Positions 24,640-37,191 of a stretch of 64,000 nt of DNA are shown one piece after another. Location of the stretch: contig NC_042997.1 of NCBI RefSeq assembly GCF_006345805.1, positions 156,674,001-156,738,000 of the forward strand, in the 5' to 3' direction. Both the position numbers and the translations under genes were made by a program. Source of the DNA: Octopus sinensis (Eukaryota). The first letter of the stretch is position 1. The number at the start of each line of letters is the position of its first letter. The notes under the pieces were generated by a model, which saw nothing but the letters and a program-made list of their open reading frames with translations, had not been told where the DNA came from and made no database searches.

Positions 24640-26900
24640 AAATGGAACAGTAGACAAAACCATAGAAACTGAGAAAAAGCCTGGAAAGATTGGAAGGAAA
24701 GTGAGACCAGAAAATATCGGGTAACTAGAAGAGAAGCTAGGCATCAAGTATACATAATGTGGAGAGATGCTGAAAATAAGGAGCTTGATAATGCTATCTT
24801 GCAACAGGAAGATTAGAGTTGTGTGTGTATCAATGTGAACTTGGATGTTATTGGGGTAAAATGTGTTCAAAATGATATTGTTACTGAAAAGGAAAAGCTT
24901 TGGAAATGTTAGAGCGGGAGGTTGCTGAAGAGAATGTGTAGAAGTTGACTTAAAAGAAGAACCAACTATTGAAGTTGGCAGCTATAATGTTGAAAGGGCA
25001 ATTAAGGATATGAAGATAGAGAAAGTAGTCAAACTATCAATGACAGCTGCTGAGGTCCTGAAAATATCCAGCAAAGTAGGACATGGGTTGGTCACTCATA
25101 CATTCAATCAGGTAGTCCAAGAAGGGTTCATATGAGGGTGGGCTGAAAAGTTCATAGGTTGACAATGAAGAGGTATAAAATCTGGTATGCATTAATTTCA
25201 ACACTTCTTAATAACTGTATTGTTTCTTTCCAGGTAAACTCAGCTGACTGCTCAAAGAACATTTCAAAAATAACTAGTAGTGACTTCTCTTGAAAATGGA
25301 CAAAATTTGGCATCATGGTGTTATCAAATACCTGCAAAAAAGGGTTTAACCCCCCCCCCCCCCCTGAGATTCATGCTGATACTATTACTACATTAGAGGA
25401 TGATGCTCCAGCTTTATCAATACTGCAAAAGTAAGCAGTTAAATTTAGGAGGGGAAGAGATAATCTTGAAGGTGACCCAAGGTCCTTTAACTGCCACCAC
25501 TGAGGAAAACATTGTGTTTACCACATGGTGATGGATGACAGGTGATTGACTATAAATCAAATAACCAATGCTATTAGAATATCCCATGAGGGAATTTGGA
25601 ATATTCTGCACAATGAACTTGGCATGACGTTGGTTTCTGTTTGATGGGTACCATGTCTTCTGACACCTGATCAAAAGTATACCAAGCTGATTAGATCATA
25701 GGAAATGTAACATTGTTTGAGGTAGATCCACTGGGTTTCCTTGAGCATTCCTGACTCAGGCTGAGTGTTCGTTTCACCACTTTCAGCCTGAGACAAAGAG
25801 ACAATCCATGTAGTAGAAACACCCCTTATCACATGCTCCAAAAAGGCCATGGTCACTTCATCTACAAGGAAGGTGATGGCCTCAGTTTTATGGGAAACAA
25901 AAGGTGTGTTTATGACTATCTTCAAAAGGGCTACACTATCAATGGAGAATACTATGCCAAATTTTTGAGGCAGTTATGAAAGGCTATCAAGACCAAACAC
26001 CCAAAAAAACTGATGAAAGAGGTTTTGTTTCATCAGGGCAATGCTCCAGCACACAAGTCCTCGGTTTCAATGGCTGCTGTGCATGACTGTGGCTTTGAAT
26101 TGGTTGGTCACCTTCCCTATTCTCCTGATTTGGTCCCATCTGACTATCATCTGTTTCCCAACATAAAAAAAAAAACTTAGCTGGGGATGAGTATTGCAGT
26201 AATGATGATGTAATTTCTGGTGTTGATGACTTTTATGACCAACAGGATGACAGCTTCTTCACCAATGGGTCCAAACACTGCAACACCTGACATGAAGTAT
26301 GTGAACCGGAAGGGGGACTATGTTGAAAACTAAACTTTGTTTGGTCACATTTCATGATAGTATCTTGGTTGGCCTTTGAACTTTTCAGCTGAACCTCATG
26401 GCCACTGACTGACAAAACAGTATTACTAACTGTAAAAGAAATGCTCTAGGAAGACGTAACCACAGAGGCACCAAACTGTTGGACCAACTTATGGAAGTAA
26501 CAGCATTATATAACTCAACTGAGAAGAAAGACAATTGTTAGACAAGACACAGTTCAGGTTGTTGCAAAGATGGAGTATCACGGATACTTTCTTTCTAATG
26601 AGACGGCTACAGAAGTTCTGTTATGAAAAAGTTACTATACCTAGCATTTGTTAATCTGAAGATGGTTTTGACAGGGTAGTCAAGTGATTGCTTAGAAAAC
26701 TAGATGTAGCTGAATGGTTTGTGAAAGCTGTACAAGCTGTGTACAGAGATGCTGTCAAAAAGGTGAGATTTGGCCATGAGTTCCGTGAGGAAGTGAGCAA
26801 GCAGGTAAGTGTTGTAAGTGTTCATCAAGGCTCAGCTCTTGGCTCACTTCTGTTTCTTACAGTTCTCTTGGTCATAACAAAATTTTAAGGCTGGCTGTCT
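24640..26900 (+). mobile_element. Old RTE-clade LINE remnant, split by the mariner
   Basis: ERAIKDMK...EVLKISSKVGHGLVTHTFNQVVQEG before 25131. PTD..N..RGTKLLDQLMEV after 26400. LRKLDVAEWFVKAVQAVY...VHQGSALGSLLF at 26688-26888. Confidence 0.75.
25133..26398 (+). mobile_element. Decayed full-length mariner (DD34D-type) DNA transposon
   Basis: About 30-bp imperfect TIRs (tgagggtgggctgaaaagttcataggttga / tggcctttgaacttttcagctgaacctca), TA at left and TG at right, about 1.27 kb. Transposase remnant from ATG 25296: MDKIWHHGVIKYLQKKG...HQGNAPAH...PYSPDLVPSDYHLFP, with stops and frameshifts. Confidence 0.9.
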
Positions 26901-27075
26901 GTCATTTCTGATTTAAGGCACAAGACCAGCCATTTTGAGGGAAGGGGAAGTAGTTGATACCATCAACACCAGTACTTGACTGGATGAAAGGTAAAGTTGA
27001 CTTCAGCAAGATCAAATGTGAAGAACTGCAACAAATACTGTAATGCATTATTTTCAACATTCTAACAATTCTTCA

Positions 27076-27119
<44 letters not shown>

Positions 27120-28940
27120 CCATCTGTGTATCATGCTAAATGTATACATATTGTTAGAAGACATGATGCTGAGGAATTGTCTGAAATAAATCTCTTTACA
27201 GACTTGTTGTGCTTTGATATATTGGAAATAGGGAATAATACATTTATTGATATTGTGAAGGCTTGACAAACTAGAAAAACTTGATATATTCAATTGAAAC
27301 AGTATTAGAATAAAATTGCCATCTGTGTATCATATTAGAAGGCATAGAGCTTGATAACATATGACAATATCTTCTGTATATTTTGCTGACTGTTTCCCTA
27401 ATTCTCTTTCTGTGATTGATATTCTACAGACTTGTAGCAGGAATATTTGGCAGTCCCAAAACAACTAAGAATGGAAACTAGATTACTGAGTTTCAACAAT
27501 CAGGATTTGCGTTAGACATTGATGATGTGAGCACATGACTAACCAGTCAGAACTCTGGCAGAAATGACTGTATCAACATGAATGCTAGGCAGCACTAAGG
27601 AATTGATCGGATTTTTGTTGAAGCCATTGTTTACAATAAGCAAATAAAACATGTAGACGAGGGAAATTAATTGTATCTGGCCCGAATATCCTACCTGTTT
27701 TATGTTCAACAAACCAGATCTGGTCTCTCATACTTATCCAACAATCATCATCATCATCATCATCATCCTCATCATTTAGCATTTGTTTTCCATGGTGGAA
27801 CAGGTAGGGTGGTTTGACAAGAGCTAACTAGCTGAAGGCTGTTCAAGCTCCATGTTTGTTTTGGCATGGTTTCTATGGCTAGATGCCTTTCCTAATGCCA
27901 ACCACTTTAGAGTGTACTGGGTACTTTTACACAGAACCAGAAAGGATGCTTTTATGTGGCACCAGCACGGGTGCTTTTTACATGGCACTAGCACCCACGA
28001 GCTCACAAGGTAAGGATTGCTCAGCTGAAAAGGGATGCAAGGACAATCATGATTTATTTAGCTTGATGTGTCTTCTCAAGTGCAGCAAACCACCAGAAGT
28101 CACAGTCCCTTGTCATACCCTCTGTGAGGCCTAATGTCTGAAGATCCATTCTTGCCACTTGGTCTCATATTTTTCTGGGTTCACCCCTTTCACATGTTCC
28201 TAAAAATAAACAATAACATCATCAATGTTATGAGATAATGCATGATTAATTCAAAACAATGAGAATAACTAAGCATTACATTTCTCAGAGTTATTGGAAT
28301 GCTAAAGGGTTAGATAATGATGATGATTTCAATATGTATTTGGCATTTGCTAAATCCTGACATTTGTAATTAAAATTAATAATTTATCACTAGATACAGT
28401 TTGGCAAGCTCTCAATAATCAGGATTTGAAGAAGTGTAATGAAAAGCTGAAAATATTAATTACAAAGAGAAATAAATCAGTGGCTATCTGTTTCATGTTA
28501 ATGTCATTTTACCATACTGAGATGGTTTGGCTGGCTCTGTTCCAGGGTAATATCTCTTGTTGATTCATTCATCATTTGATATACACAACACAATAAATAA
28601 TTACTATGCATTTTTAACAGATATCTATATGAGTTGTGAATGGTGGTAACTTCATAAAAAAACAGTAAAATAAAGTGATTGATACAAGAATCAATCATTT
28701 CACTTTATTTTGTACTTTTGATTTCCAGATATAGTCAACAGCTTGGACTGAGATAAGATAAACACTGCTTAACCTATTATATGTGAGTCATCAATATTCA
28801 TAAATGTAAATATGAATGTGTGCATGCATGCATGCATGTGTGTGTATTGGCTTTTTTTTCAATATATTCAAAGATTAGGAATACATAGTTGATGCAAAAA
28901 ATTAAATTTTCTTACATCATATTTTATATACATGTATACA

Positions 28941-28974
<34 letters not shown>

Positions 28975-29825
28975 CATACATATATATATATATCGTCATC
29001 TAACATTTGTCTTCCATGCATGCATGAGTAGGACAGTTAACAGGAGCTGGCCATGTAGAAGACTACTCCAAGCTATTGTGCCTGTTTTGGCTGGGATTTT
29101 ATAGTTGGATGCCCTTCCTAACACCAACCACTCTGCAGAGTGGACTTAGTGCTTTTTACATGGCACTAGCAGGTGAAGTCATTTTTGGCAAGATTTTTAT
29201 GGCTGGATGCCCTTTCAAATGCCAACCATTTTACAGTGTGGACTGGATGCTTTTTACATGGCACCAACACTGACAGGGTCACCAAGTAACTTACAAAACA
29301 ATATATATATATACACACACACACACACATATTTCCGTGAGAGTTAGAGGTTGGGAAGCCAACCAACTAAGGGATAGTACCTATCCAATATACTGCTGGT
29401 AGTGTGCCCAATTATTAATACCTAAGTGCTGGTTATTGCGTAGCAATTTTGCAGTCGAGTGTCATATATGGGCGGTGTTAAAAGTGGCTTACCCTTAATT
29501 TATACAGCAAAAAGAAAATGGAGGGGATACAAGAATGACATACATCAGCCAGCAGACATTCTATTATATCTATTTATTCCAAAACAAGAGGGAGTATTAT
29601 AAGAATACATACACATTCAAATACTGTGTATTACACAAATATATACTAGTAATACATAAGAGTAAAAGATTAAAAGATCAGTTCCTTATGGCCATTTCTG
29701 CCAAAAGGCTACGATATCCTCCATGCTAGTTCTAATCTCTTAAGTGTTCTGTAGGGATGAGTAGATAGAGTTTGGATGTTGAGTATGCCTCTGATGAAGC
29801 CTAGAGGCACACTCAACATCAAAAC

Positions 29826-30690
29826 CTAAGACCTAAGAAGCATCAAATGTGGTGTGCAAGAGAGATGACTGCGCTGGTATGGGCATGTGGCGAGAATGGA
29901 TGAGGATAGCTGTGTGAAAAAGTGCCACGTCCTAGCGGTTGAGGGAACGTGTGGAAGAGGTAGACCCAGAAAGACCTGGGATGAGGTGGTGAAGCACGAC
30001 CTTCGAACATTGGGCCTCACTAAGGCAATGACTAGTGACCGAAACCTTTTGGAAATATGTAGTGTGTGAGAAGACCCAGCAAGCCAAGTGAGACCATAAC
30101 CCGTGGCTTATGCCAGGGGTGTAACCAACCCACTTATGCATACCTTTCCATCGTTGGACACTAAACTCTGCTTGCAAAGACCTGTTCAGACAAGTGAAAT
30201 CAAAATCAAATCAAATTCAATGACTGGCACCCGTGCCAGTGGAGCGCTAAGAGCACCATCTGAGTGTGATCACTGCCAGAACAGCTGACTGGCTTCTGTG
30301 CCGGTGGCACATAAAAAACACCATCCAAACGTGATCGTTACCAGTGTTGGCTTACTGGCACTTGTGCTGGTGGCACATGAAAAACATTCGAGCAAGGTCA
30401 TTGCCAGTGCCACTGGACTAGCTCTTGTGCAGTTGGCACGTAAAAAAAAAACATTTGAGCGTGGCCGTTGCTAGTACCACCTGACTGGCCCTCGTGCCAG
30501 TGAAACGTAAAAACACCCACTACACTTTTGGAGTGGTTGGCGTTAGGAAGGACATCCAGCTGTAGAAACTCTGCCAGATTAGATTGGAGCCTAGTGCAGC
30601 CATATGGTTCGCCAGTCCTCAGTCAAATCTTCCAACCCATGCTAGCATGGAAAGCAGACATTAAACGATGATGATGATGATGATGATGTA
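29826..30690 (+). mobile_element. RTE LINE 3' end fragment with 3'UTR repeats and (GAT)n tail
   Basis: ERxLRWYGHVARMDEDSCVKKCHVLAVEGTCGRGRPRKTWDEVVKHDLR, followed by (AAATC)-rich spacer, degenerate repeat units, conserved tail and gatgatgat. Confidence 0.9.
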
Positions 30691-31104
30691 AATATATGTA
30701 AACATTTTTTGCTTGTCTCAGTCATTGGATTGTGGCCATGCTGGGGGTACCATCTTGAAGGGTTTTAGTCAAACAACTTGACCACCTCCCCCTGTGGGAT
30801 GAAGTTAAAATAACAGATAGAGAACACCACTAGAAAATACGAAAACTAAAAGAAGCAGCACATATGCTAGGACACAACAATCTCCTAAGCAGACTAAATG
30901 CAGATACGAATAGGATATGGGAACTGGTTTAAGGAAGGATAGGAAAATATTAGATTTATAAGCCCTAAATTTCATTCCATAATTACCCAAGGATATAGTG
31001 GTTAAGAGCATGGGCTACTAACCTCAAGATTCCACGTAGTGACCTGAATAATAATGATAATAATAATAATAATAATAGTCATTGTCGTCGTCATCATCAT
31101 CATT

Positions 31105-31241
31105 GAAAAATACCTTAGGAATGAGAACCCAGGTTCAAAATTTTCCCAAGACATCTGATGAAGGCTGGAGGGTATATCAGCCAAATTGTTGTGTTAACAA
31201 CAAACAAGATGAGGACAAATATCCGTCAAATGTAAATAATG
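31105..31241 (+). mobile_element. Penelope-like LTR-type repeat remnant containing a decayed hammerhead motif
   Basis: Shares gtgttaacaacaaacaagatg(a/t)ggacaaatatc with 786-859 (-). Contains CTGATGA-GGCTG/CAGCC stem. PLE assignment inferred from the known PLE-hammerhead association. Confidence 0.5.
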
Positions 31242-31606
31242 AACTCGACCATTGTACTTATTTGTTATAAAGTCTGGTACTTATTTTATTGGTCTCTTTT
31301 GCCAAACTGCTTAGTTATGAGGATGTAAACAAACTAACATCTGTTATCAAGTGATGGTGGAGACAGACACAAACACAGAAACATACACATATGCATATAT
31401 ACAAGAGTTTCTTTCAGTTTCCATCTACCAAATCCTCTCAAGGCTTTGGTTTGCCTGGGACTACAGTACATAATAGATGACACTTGTAGGAGAATTGAAC
31501 CTGAATCCACGTGGTCGGAAAGTAAACTTCTTACCACACAGCCACAAAGAAGCTAAATACTAATGATTCAGCAAAATTTATCAGATATTATAATTACTTG
31601 CATGTT

Positions 31607-33205
31607 ATCATCATCATCATCATTTAGCGTCCGTTTTCCATGCTAGCATGGGTTGGACGATTTAACTGGGGTCTGTGAAGCCGGAAGGCTTCATCAGGCC
31701 CAGTCAGATTTGGCAGTGTTTCTACGGCTGGATGCCCTTCCTAACGCCAACCACTCCGTGAGTGTAGTGGGTGCTTTTTACGTGCCACCTGCACAGGTGC
31801 CAGACAGAGCTGGCAAACGGCCACGAACGGATGGTGCTTTTATGTGCTACCGGCACGGGGGCCAGGCGAGGCTGGCAACAGACATGAACGGATGGTGCTT
31901 TTATGTGCTACCAGCACGGGGGCCAGGCGAGGCTGGCAACGGACACAAACGGATGGTGCTTTTACGTGCTACCGGCACGGGGGTCAGGCGAGGCTGGCAA
32001 CGGACACGAACGGATGGTGCTTTTACGTGCTACCGGCACGGGGGCCAGGCGAAGCTGGCAACAGACACAAACGAATGGTGCTTTTACGTGCTACCAGCAC
32101 GGGGGCCAGGCGAGGCTGGCAACAGACAAACGATCGGATGGTTTATTAACCACAGCTGCAATTTCCACTGATGTTGATTTGGTTTGATTTTGACTGTTCT
32201 CACTGGTCTTGCCGGGTCTTCTCACACACAGCATACTTCCATAGGTCTCGGTCTCTAGTCATTTCCTTGGTGAGACCTAAAGTTCGAAGGTCGTGCTTCA
32301 CTACCTCATCCCAGGTTTTCCTGGGTCTACCTCTTCCACAGGTTCCCTCAACTGCTAGAGTGTGGCACTTTTGCACACAACTATCTTCACCCATTCTTGT
32401 CACATGCTCATACCAGCGCAGACGTCTCTCTTGCACACCACAACTGATGCTTCTTAGGTTCAACTTTTCTCTCAAGGTACTTACACTCTGTCGATTATGA
32501 ACACTGACATTACACATCCATTGGAGCATACTGGCTTCATTTCTTGTGAGCTTACGCATATCCTCAGCAGTCACAGCCCATGTTTCACCACCATGTAGCA
32601 TGGCTGTACGTACACATGCATCATACAATCTGCCTTTTACTCTGAGCGAGAGGCTTTTTGTCACCAGCAGGGGTAAGAGCTCTCTAAACTTTGCCCAGGC
32701 TATTCTTACTCTAGCAGTTACACTTTCAGCACACCCACCCCGGCTACTGACTTGGTCACCTAAGTAGCGGAAGCTATCAACTACTTCTAGTTTTTCTCCC
32801 TGGAACATGGTAGATATTGGTCTCTGCACATTTTCAGTGTTTATTGCTCCTGAGCATCTGCCACAGACAAAACTATTTTCCTAGTTAGCCTTCCTTTGAC
32901 ATTGCTACACCTCTTATGTGTCCATAGCTTGCACTTGGTGCATCTTATAGAGTTTCTACCTACACCTTTTTTACAGATCGAGCAGGGCCATCTACCTGAA
33001 GGCGTTTGTGACTTTCCTACTTATTAGGACTTTGGTTTTGGCTAGATTGATTCTGAGGCCCTTCGATTCTAGACCTTGCTTCCACACCTGAAACTTCTCC
33101 TCCAGTTCTGATAGTGACTCAGCAATTAGAGCAAGATCATCAGCATAGAGGAGCTCCCAGGGGCATCCTGTCTTGAATTCCTCCATTATTGCCTGGAGGA
33201 CTAAA
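31607..33205 (-). mobile_element. 5'-truncated RTE-clade LINE (RT C-terminus, Cys/His finger, C-terminal domain, 3'UTR VNTR, (GAT)n tail)
   Basis: LQAIMEEFKTGCPWELLYADDLALIAES, then ORF 32200-32829 (FRYLGD...LYDACVRTAMLHGGETW...ERRLRWYEHV...RGRPRKTWDEVV), frameshifts between them, then a 61-bp tandem array and (ATC)n on +. Confidence 0.93.
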
Positions 33206-33477
33206 CGTACTGAAATACAAAATTGCTTGAGTTTAGCCAAGCTTTCAGTTTTGTTATTTTCTACCCACAGAAGTGTAGTTAGTATTTTAGATGACAAAGT
33301 AATTAACAATAAACATTATACATGAAGATGAAACCTTTGTTAATATTTCAACAGTATCTGATTAAGGTTTTTGATGTTTCAACCAAAATACGATAACAAT
33401 TATAAAGAGTATGTTTAATCAATCAAAACAAATTTTCTTTGTTATTCAGTACAAAAATTTTCAGTTACCAACAAACT

Positions 33478-33483
33478 TTTATT
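33478..33483 (-). terminator. Candidate NUDT16 polyadenylation signal AATAAA
   Basis: tttatt on + about 200 nt past the NUDT16 stop; position only, AT-rich context. Confidence 0.35.
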
Positions 33484-33682
33484 TCAACCATTATTTTTGA
33501 GATTTTAGTCTGAGAATGTAAGTGTACTGTCCACAATTTTTCCTAAGATAGGTGATGCTCAAAATGTAAACAATGAAATGTTCCTCCTGAATAAAATTTT
33601 TTAATGCTCCAAATGAATATAATTTTTAAATGTTCTAAAAGAATAAAATTCTTAAAAATGTTCCAAATGAATAGAATTTGCA

Positions 33683-33880
33683 TTAAACATTTTGTTTCTT
33701 GATTATTTTACTTTTCATCACAGCTTCATTGATTTCAGTCTTGGAGAGAATTTCACAGGATTCTAATGCATATAATAGCTGTTGTTTTGCATTACCAATA
33801 AACATATTGGCAAGAAAGTTTGGTAAACCTGATATTCCATTGGACATAGTAAACAGTGGTGGGATAACTGTTCCCATTAC
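33683..33880 (-). CDS. NUDT16: NUDT16 exon 3 (terminal)
   Basis: Acceptor tttttcag|GTA. VMGTVIPPLFTMSNGISGLPNFLANMFIGNAKQQLLYAL matches family VLGxVRVPLYT...GLPxFLxNxFIGxAxxQLLxAL. TAA at 33683-33685. Spliced protein is 225 aa. Confidence 0.93.
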   Translation of the reverse strand, partial: VMGTVIPPLFTMSNGISGLPNFLANMFIGNAKQQLLYALESCEILSKTEINEAVMKSKIIKKQNV

Positions 33881-35723
33881 CTGAAAAATCATTAACATAG
33901 AGATTATGTTTTAAGAGGAGAAGGACAAAATATTTCATTTTCATAAAAGGTACTTCTACCTAGCGATCTATTCTTCCTGAGCCACTAACTTTTCTCTTAC
34001 CCTACTTGCTCTCCATACTGATATTTACCGTCAACCAAAATGCCACCCTTGTTCATCACTCATTACTTCACCTCTACCCCCTTCTCTAGCTATCAATTGC
34101 TCTCCCCTCATACTCTTATGAAACTTCTTACCTCACCCACCAATTCCCTTTCTGTCTCCTCTCTTATACTCACCTCCTTATATCTTGAGAGTTTGCTCTG
34201 GTACCCCATCGCAACCAGCTTCATCTTCTTCCCAGCTACTCCCATCCACTTATATAATATCGGGTAGCCATGTATCTTCAGCATAGCAAGACAAGTGTTT
34301 GTCTCTCAGTCATACTTTAGCTTTCAACACTTGGCTTAAATCCACCTCTCCCTTTTAAATACCCGCCTAAACATCTTAGGTTTTTTTTTTCTTTCTTCCT
34401 TTCCCCCCCTTTTCTTTTTCTGTTTTGCAAGTTACTTAACAACCTCACTAGTGCTGGTGGCATACAAAAAGTACCCAGTATACTCTGTAAAGTGGTTGGT
34501 GTTAGAAAGGGTATCCATCTGTAGAAGCCATGCCAAAGTTGACACTGAAGCGTGGGGCAGTTCTGCAGCTAGCTGGATTCCATCAAACTGTCAAACTATG
34601 TCAGCATGAGAAATGATTATGAACTAGAGAAATTTTCAACAAACTTACACAATTAATTGTGTTATAGAAAGATTTGTAAGCAAGTTTAATATTACATTTT
34701 ATGAACATTAAGATTGTTTAGTTTCTCATGTTTATGTACATAAGACTAATGTCGCCCCCTCACCATTCCTCTGTCACAGCAATAATAATCCTTTATCAAG
34801 AACAGTTGCTATATAAAGACTAAAAAAGTAACCTCTATTAAAATGCATCAACATCTTGTATATTAGAAACATAAAAACAACATTAAATGCAATCAAGCAT
34901 GACTCTCAATAACATAAAACAAAAAACAAAAGTATAAAGAATTACCGACAATAAATCTCCACAATAAATCACATAAGAAAAGTAATAAAACAAAAATGTT
35001 ACACAAACAATAAGAACACACATACACACACACATATCAAAACAATGAAGTCACTGCTATCTGGGCTCATAATCCCTCCACAACAAATCTAAACAAACTG
35101 CTAAGAACACAAAGTTGTAATTTCATACCTACACCTATAAAAAATCACTTCAATAGACCACACCTATTACCAACCTACACAGAGAACAAAATACATAAGA
35201 TAAAAAATACCTGAACTTTTTTTTAATCTTTTAGTCAGGAGAGAAAGCAGTGCCCATGACCTGTTATATGATCTCTGAGACAGATGAGAAGGGAGGAAGG
35301 TAGCATCAAACCCACAAGCCTGGCCTGAATGCTTGTAACAGAATGGACTCTGCTAAAGATACCCATGTTACTTTTAATAGAAAGTGATGTCAAATCAGAC
35401 AACATATTAATCCCACTACTCATGTAGGCCATGGAAGGATTTGAACTCAGAGTACAAAGTGTGAGAACAGATATTGCACGGTATCCAGTCTGACATTCTA
35501 ACAGTTCCACCAATCCTTTTTTATTGTGTGAGTTCATAAGAGTTTCAAAGGATGATCAGTGTCTGCGAAAACAGTTCCTGTCTGTATTTGTAAACCACTA
35601 TACATGACTGGTACTAGGTCGTCCTTGTGTTACACCTTCTTACCACAGGATGCCCGCAGACATTATCCAGCACCACCAGGTTCAAGAACAGACACTGCCT
35701 GGAGTTTAACCATTGCCCTCCAA

Positions 35724-35816
35724 TTAGCCCTAGCACCTGTCCACCTTGTCCAGTTAGCCCTAGCACCTGTCCACTTTGTCCAGTTAGCCCTAGCACCTGT
35801 CAGACCTGTCCACCTT
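35724..35816. repeat. 30-bp tandem repeat (2 full + partial copies)
   Basis: ttagccctagcacctgtccac(c/t)ttgtccag at 35724, 35754 and 35784. Confidence 0.9.
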
Positions 35817-37191
35817 GGGTGGCCCTACCAGGGACTCAAAGTCCCCAACAGCATAGCCTTGACACTCGTTTAACCTTCCCACCACAATGAGATCAAGAGT
35901 TGGACCTTGAGCAAGGGTTGTACCTTGAGCAAGGTTTTTTATTGATTGTGAATGGATGAAAGCCAATGTTGAACCTAGCAAGATTTGAATTCTGTTCAAC
36001 ACTCTAACAAATGTATTAATATGTCACAAGAGGAACAGTTTGTTGCTGTAACAAGTTCCACTTTGCTGGAACTTGTTGCAGGTGTCCCTGTTACTGCAGG
36101 TTCAATTACCCATGAACATGCAAATGCATATACAGTGGCAGCTTGTAGATAAAATTAGTGGGGGTGCTGCTTCAGAAAACTTTTAGCAATTGTTTTAATA
36201 GTGTGTAAAAGGAAAGAAACATATGAAAAGAATATTTATACATAAACTTGATCTGTTCGTGTTTTATCCTCTGCCAGGTAGTGTGTTTAATTTGTTCACT
36301 GAACACTGCCACGAATACCCCCTTGTTTTTCAAAAATCTCCCCTGAATCACAAAATAAGGGGGGGGGGGGGAAATCTACTCTATTTTTCAAAGAGAAACA
36401 CTACCTTTCACCAGCACTGTGTGAATGACTGTTGTCTCTCCTTAGTGTAAAGCTTCCTTTACATTGCTAGAACTGTGAAGCACACAGTTCTATACAAGGA
36501 TTTTGTATTTTTTTCATAAACTAGGGGATGGCTACTGACATTTAGCTTAAGGATTATATAATCCACAAGTATAAAGAAAGAATTAAAGAAAAAAGGACCC
36601 CTTATATTGAATGTTATCAATAATATTGAGTGAAAAGAGGGGGTGCTGTAGTTCTGCAGTGCTTATATATGAGCAGCCACTGTGCATATACAATGTTGTC
36701 CTAAATAAGATAACATTACAGGTGTAAAAGACTGGGAACATTATCTTTCCCACTAAGTCCAGTCAAACAAAAAATGCATATGATTACAAAACTAGCAGTA
36801 GTACCAGCATCTCATTAGCACTTACTGTCACCATTATAGATAGATAAGTCATACCTGTATTTCAAAGGGTTACCCTTGTTACATTCTGTCTCACACTGAA
36901 TCTGCATGAGAATAAATACGTTAAGAGTATGTGTGGATGTGGAGAGCTCAGCTGCTTGCATGTTAATTTCATGAGCAAGCTATTGTGCTGATTGGATCAA
37001 CTGGAACCCTCATTGTTGTAACTGATGGAGAGTCAGGCTAGAGATAAATGCAGAAGAACAGTTGATGAATCCTGACCAAGTGCATTCTGACTATATTAGT
37101 TTAGACCATCAACAGAACCTACTGGATCAGACAGGACAGCATAATGTGTACTCGATACATAAAAGCTCTACATGTCAGAATGAACAGTATA

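Noticed and set aside
31780-32140. CRISPR-like regularly spaced repeats (also 4387-4570 and 15760-16120)
   Set aside because: Contiguous tandem units without unique spacers, no cas genes, eukaryotic context.
31653-32171. 172-aa repetitive ORF and overlapping frames
   Set aside because: Translation of the 61-bp VNTR on the strand opposite the RTE.
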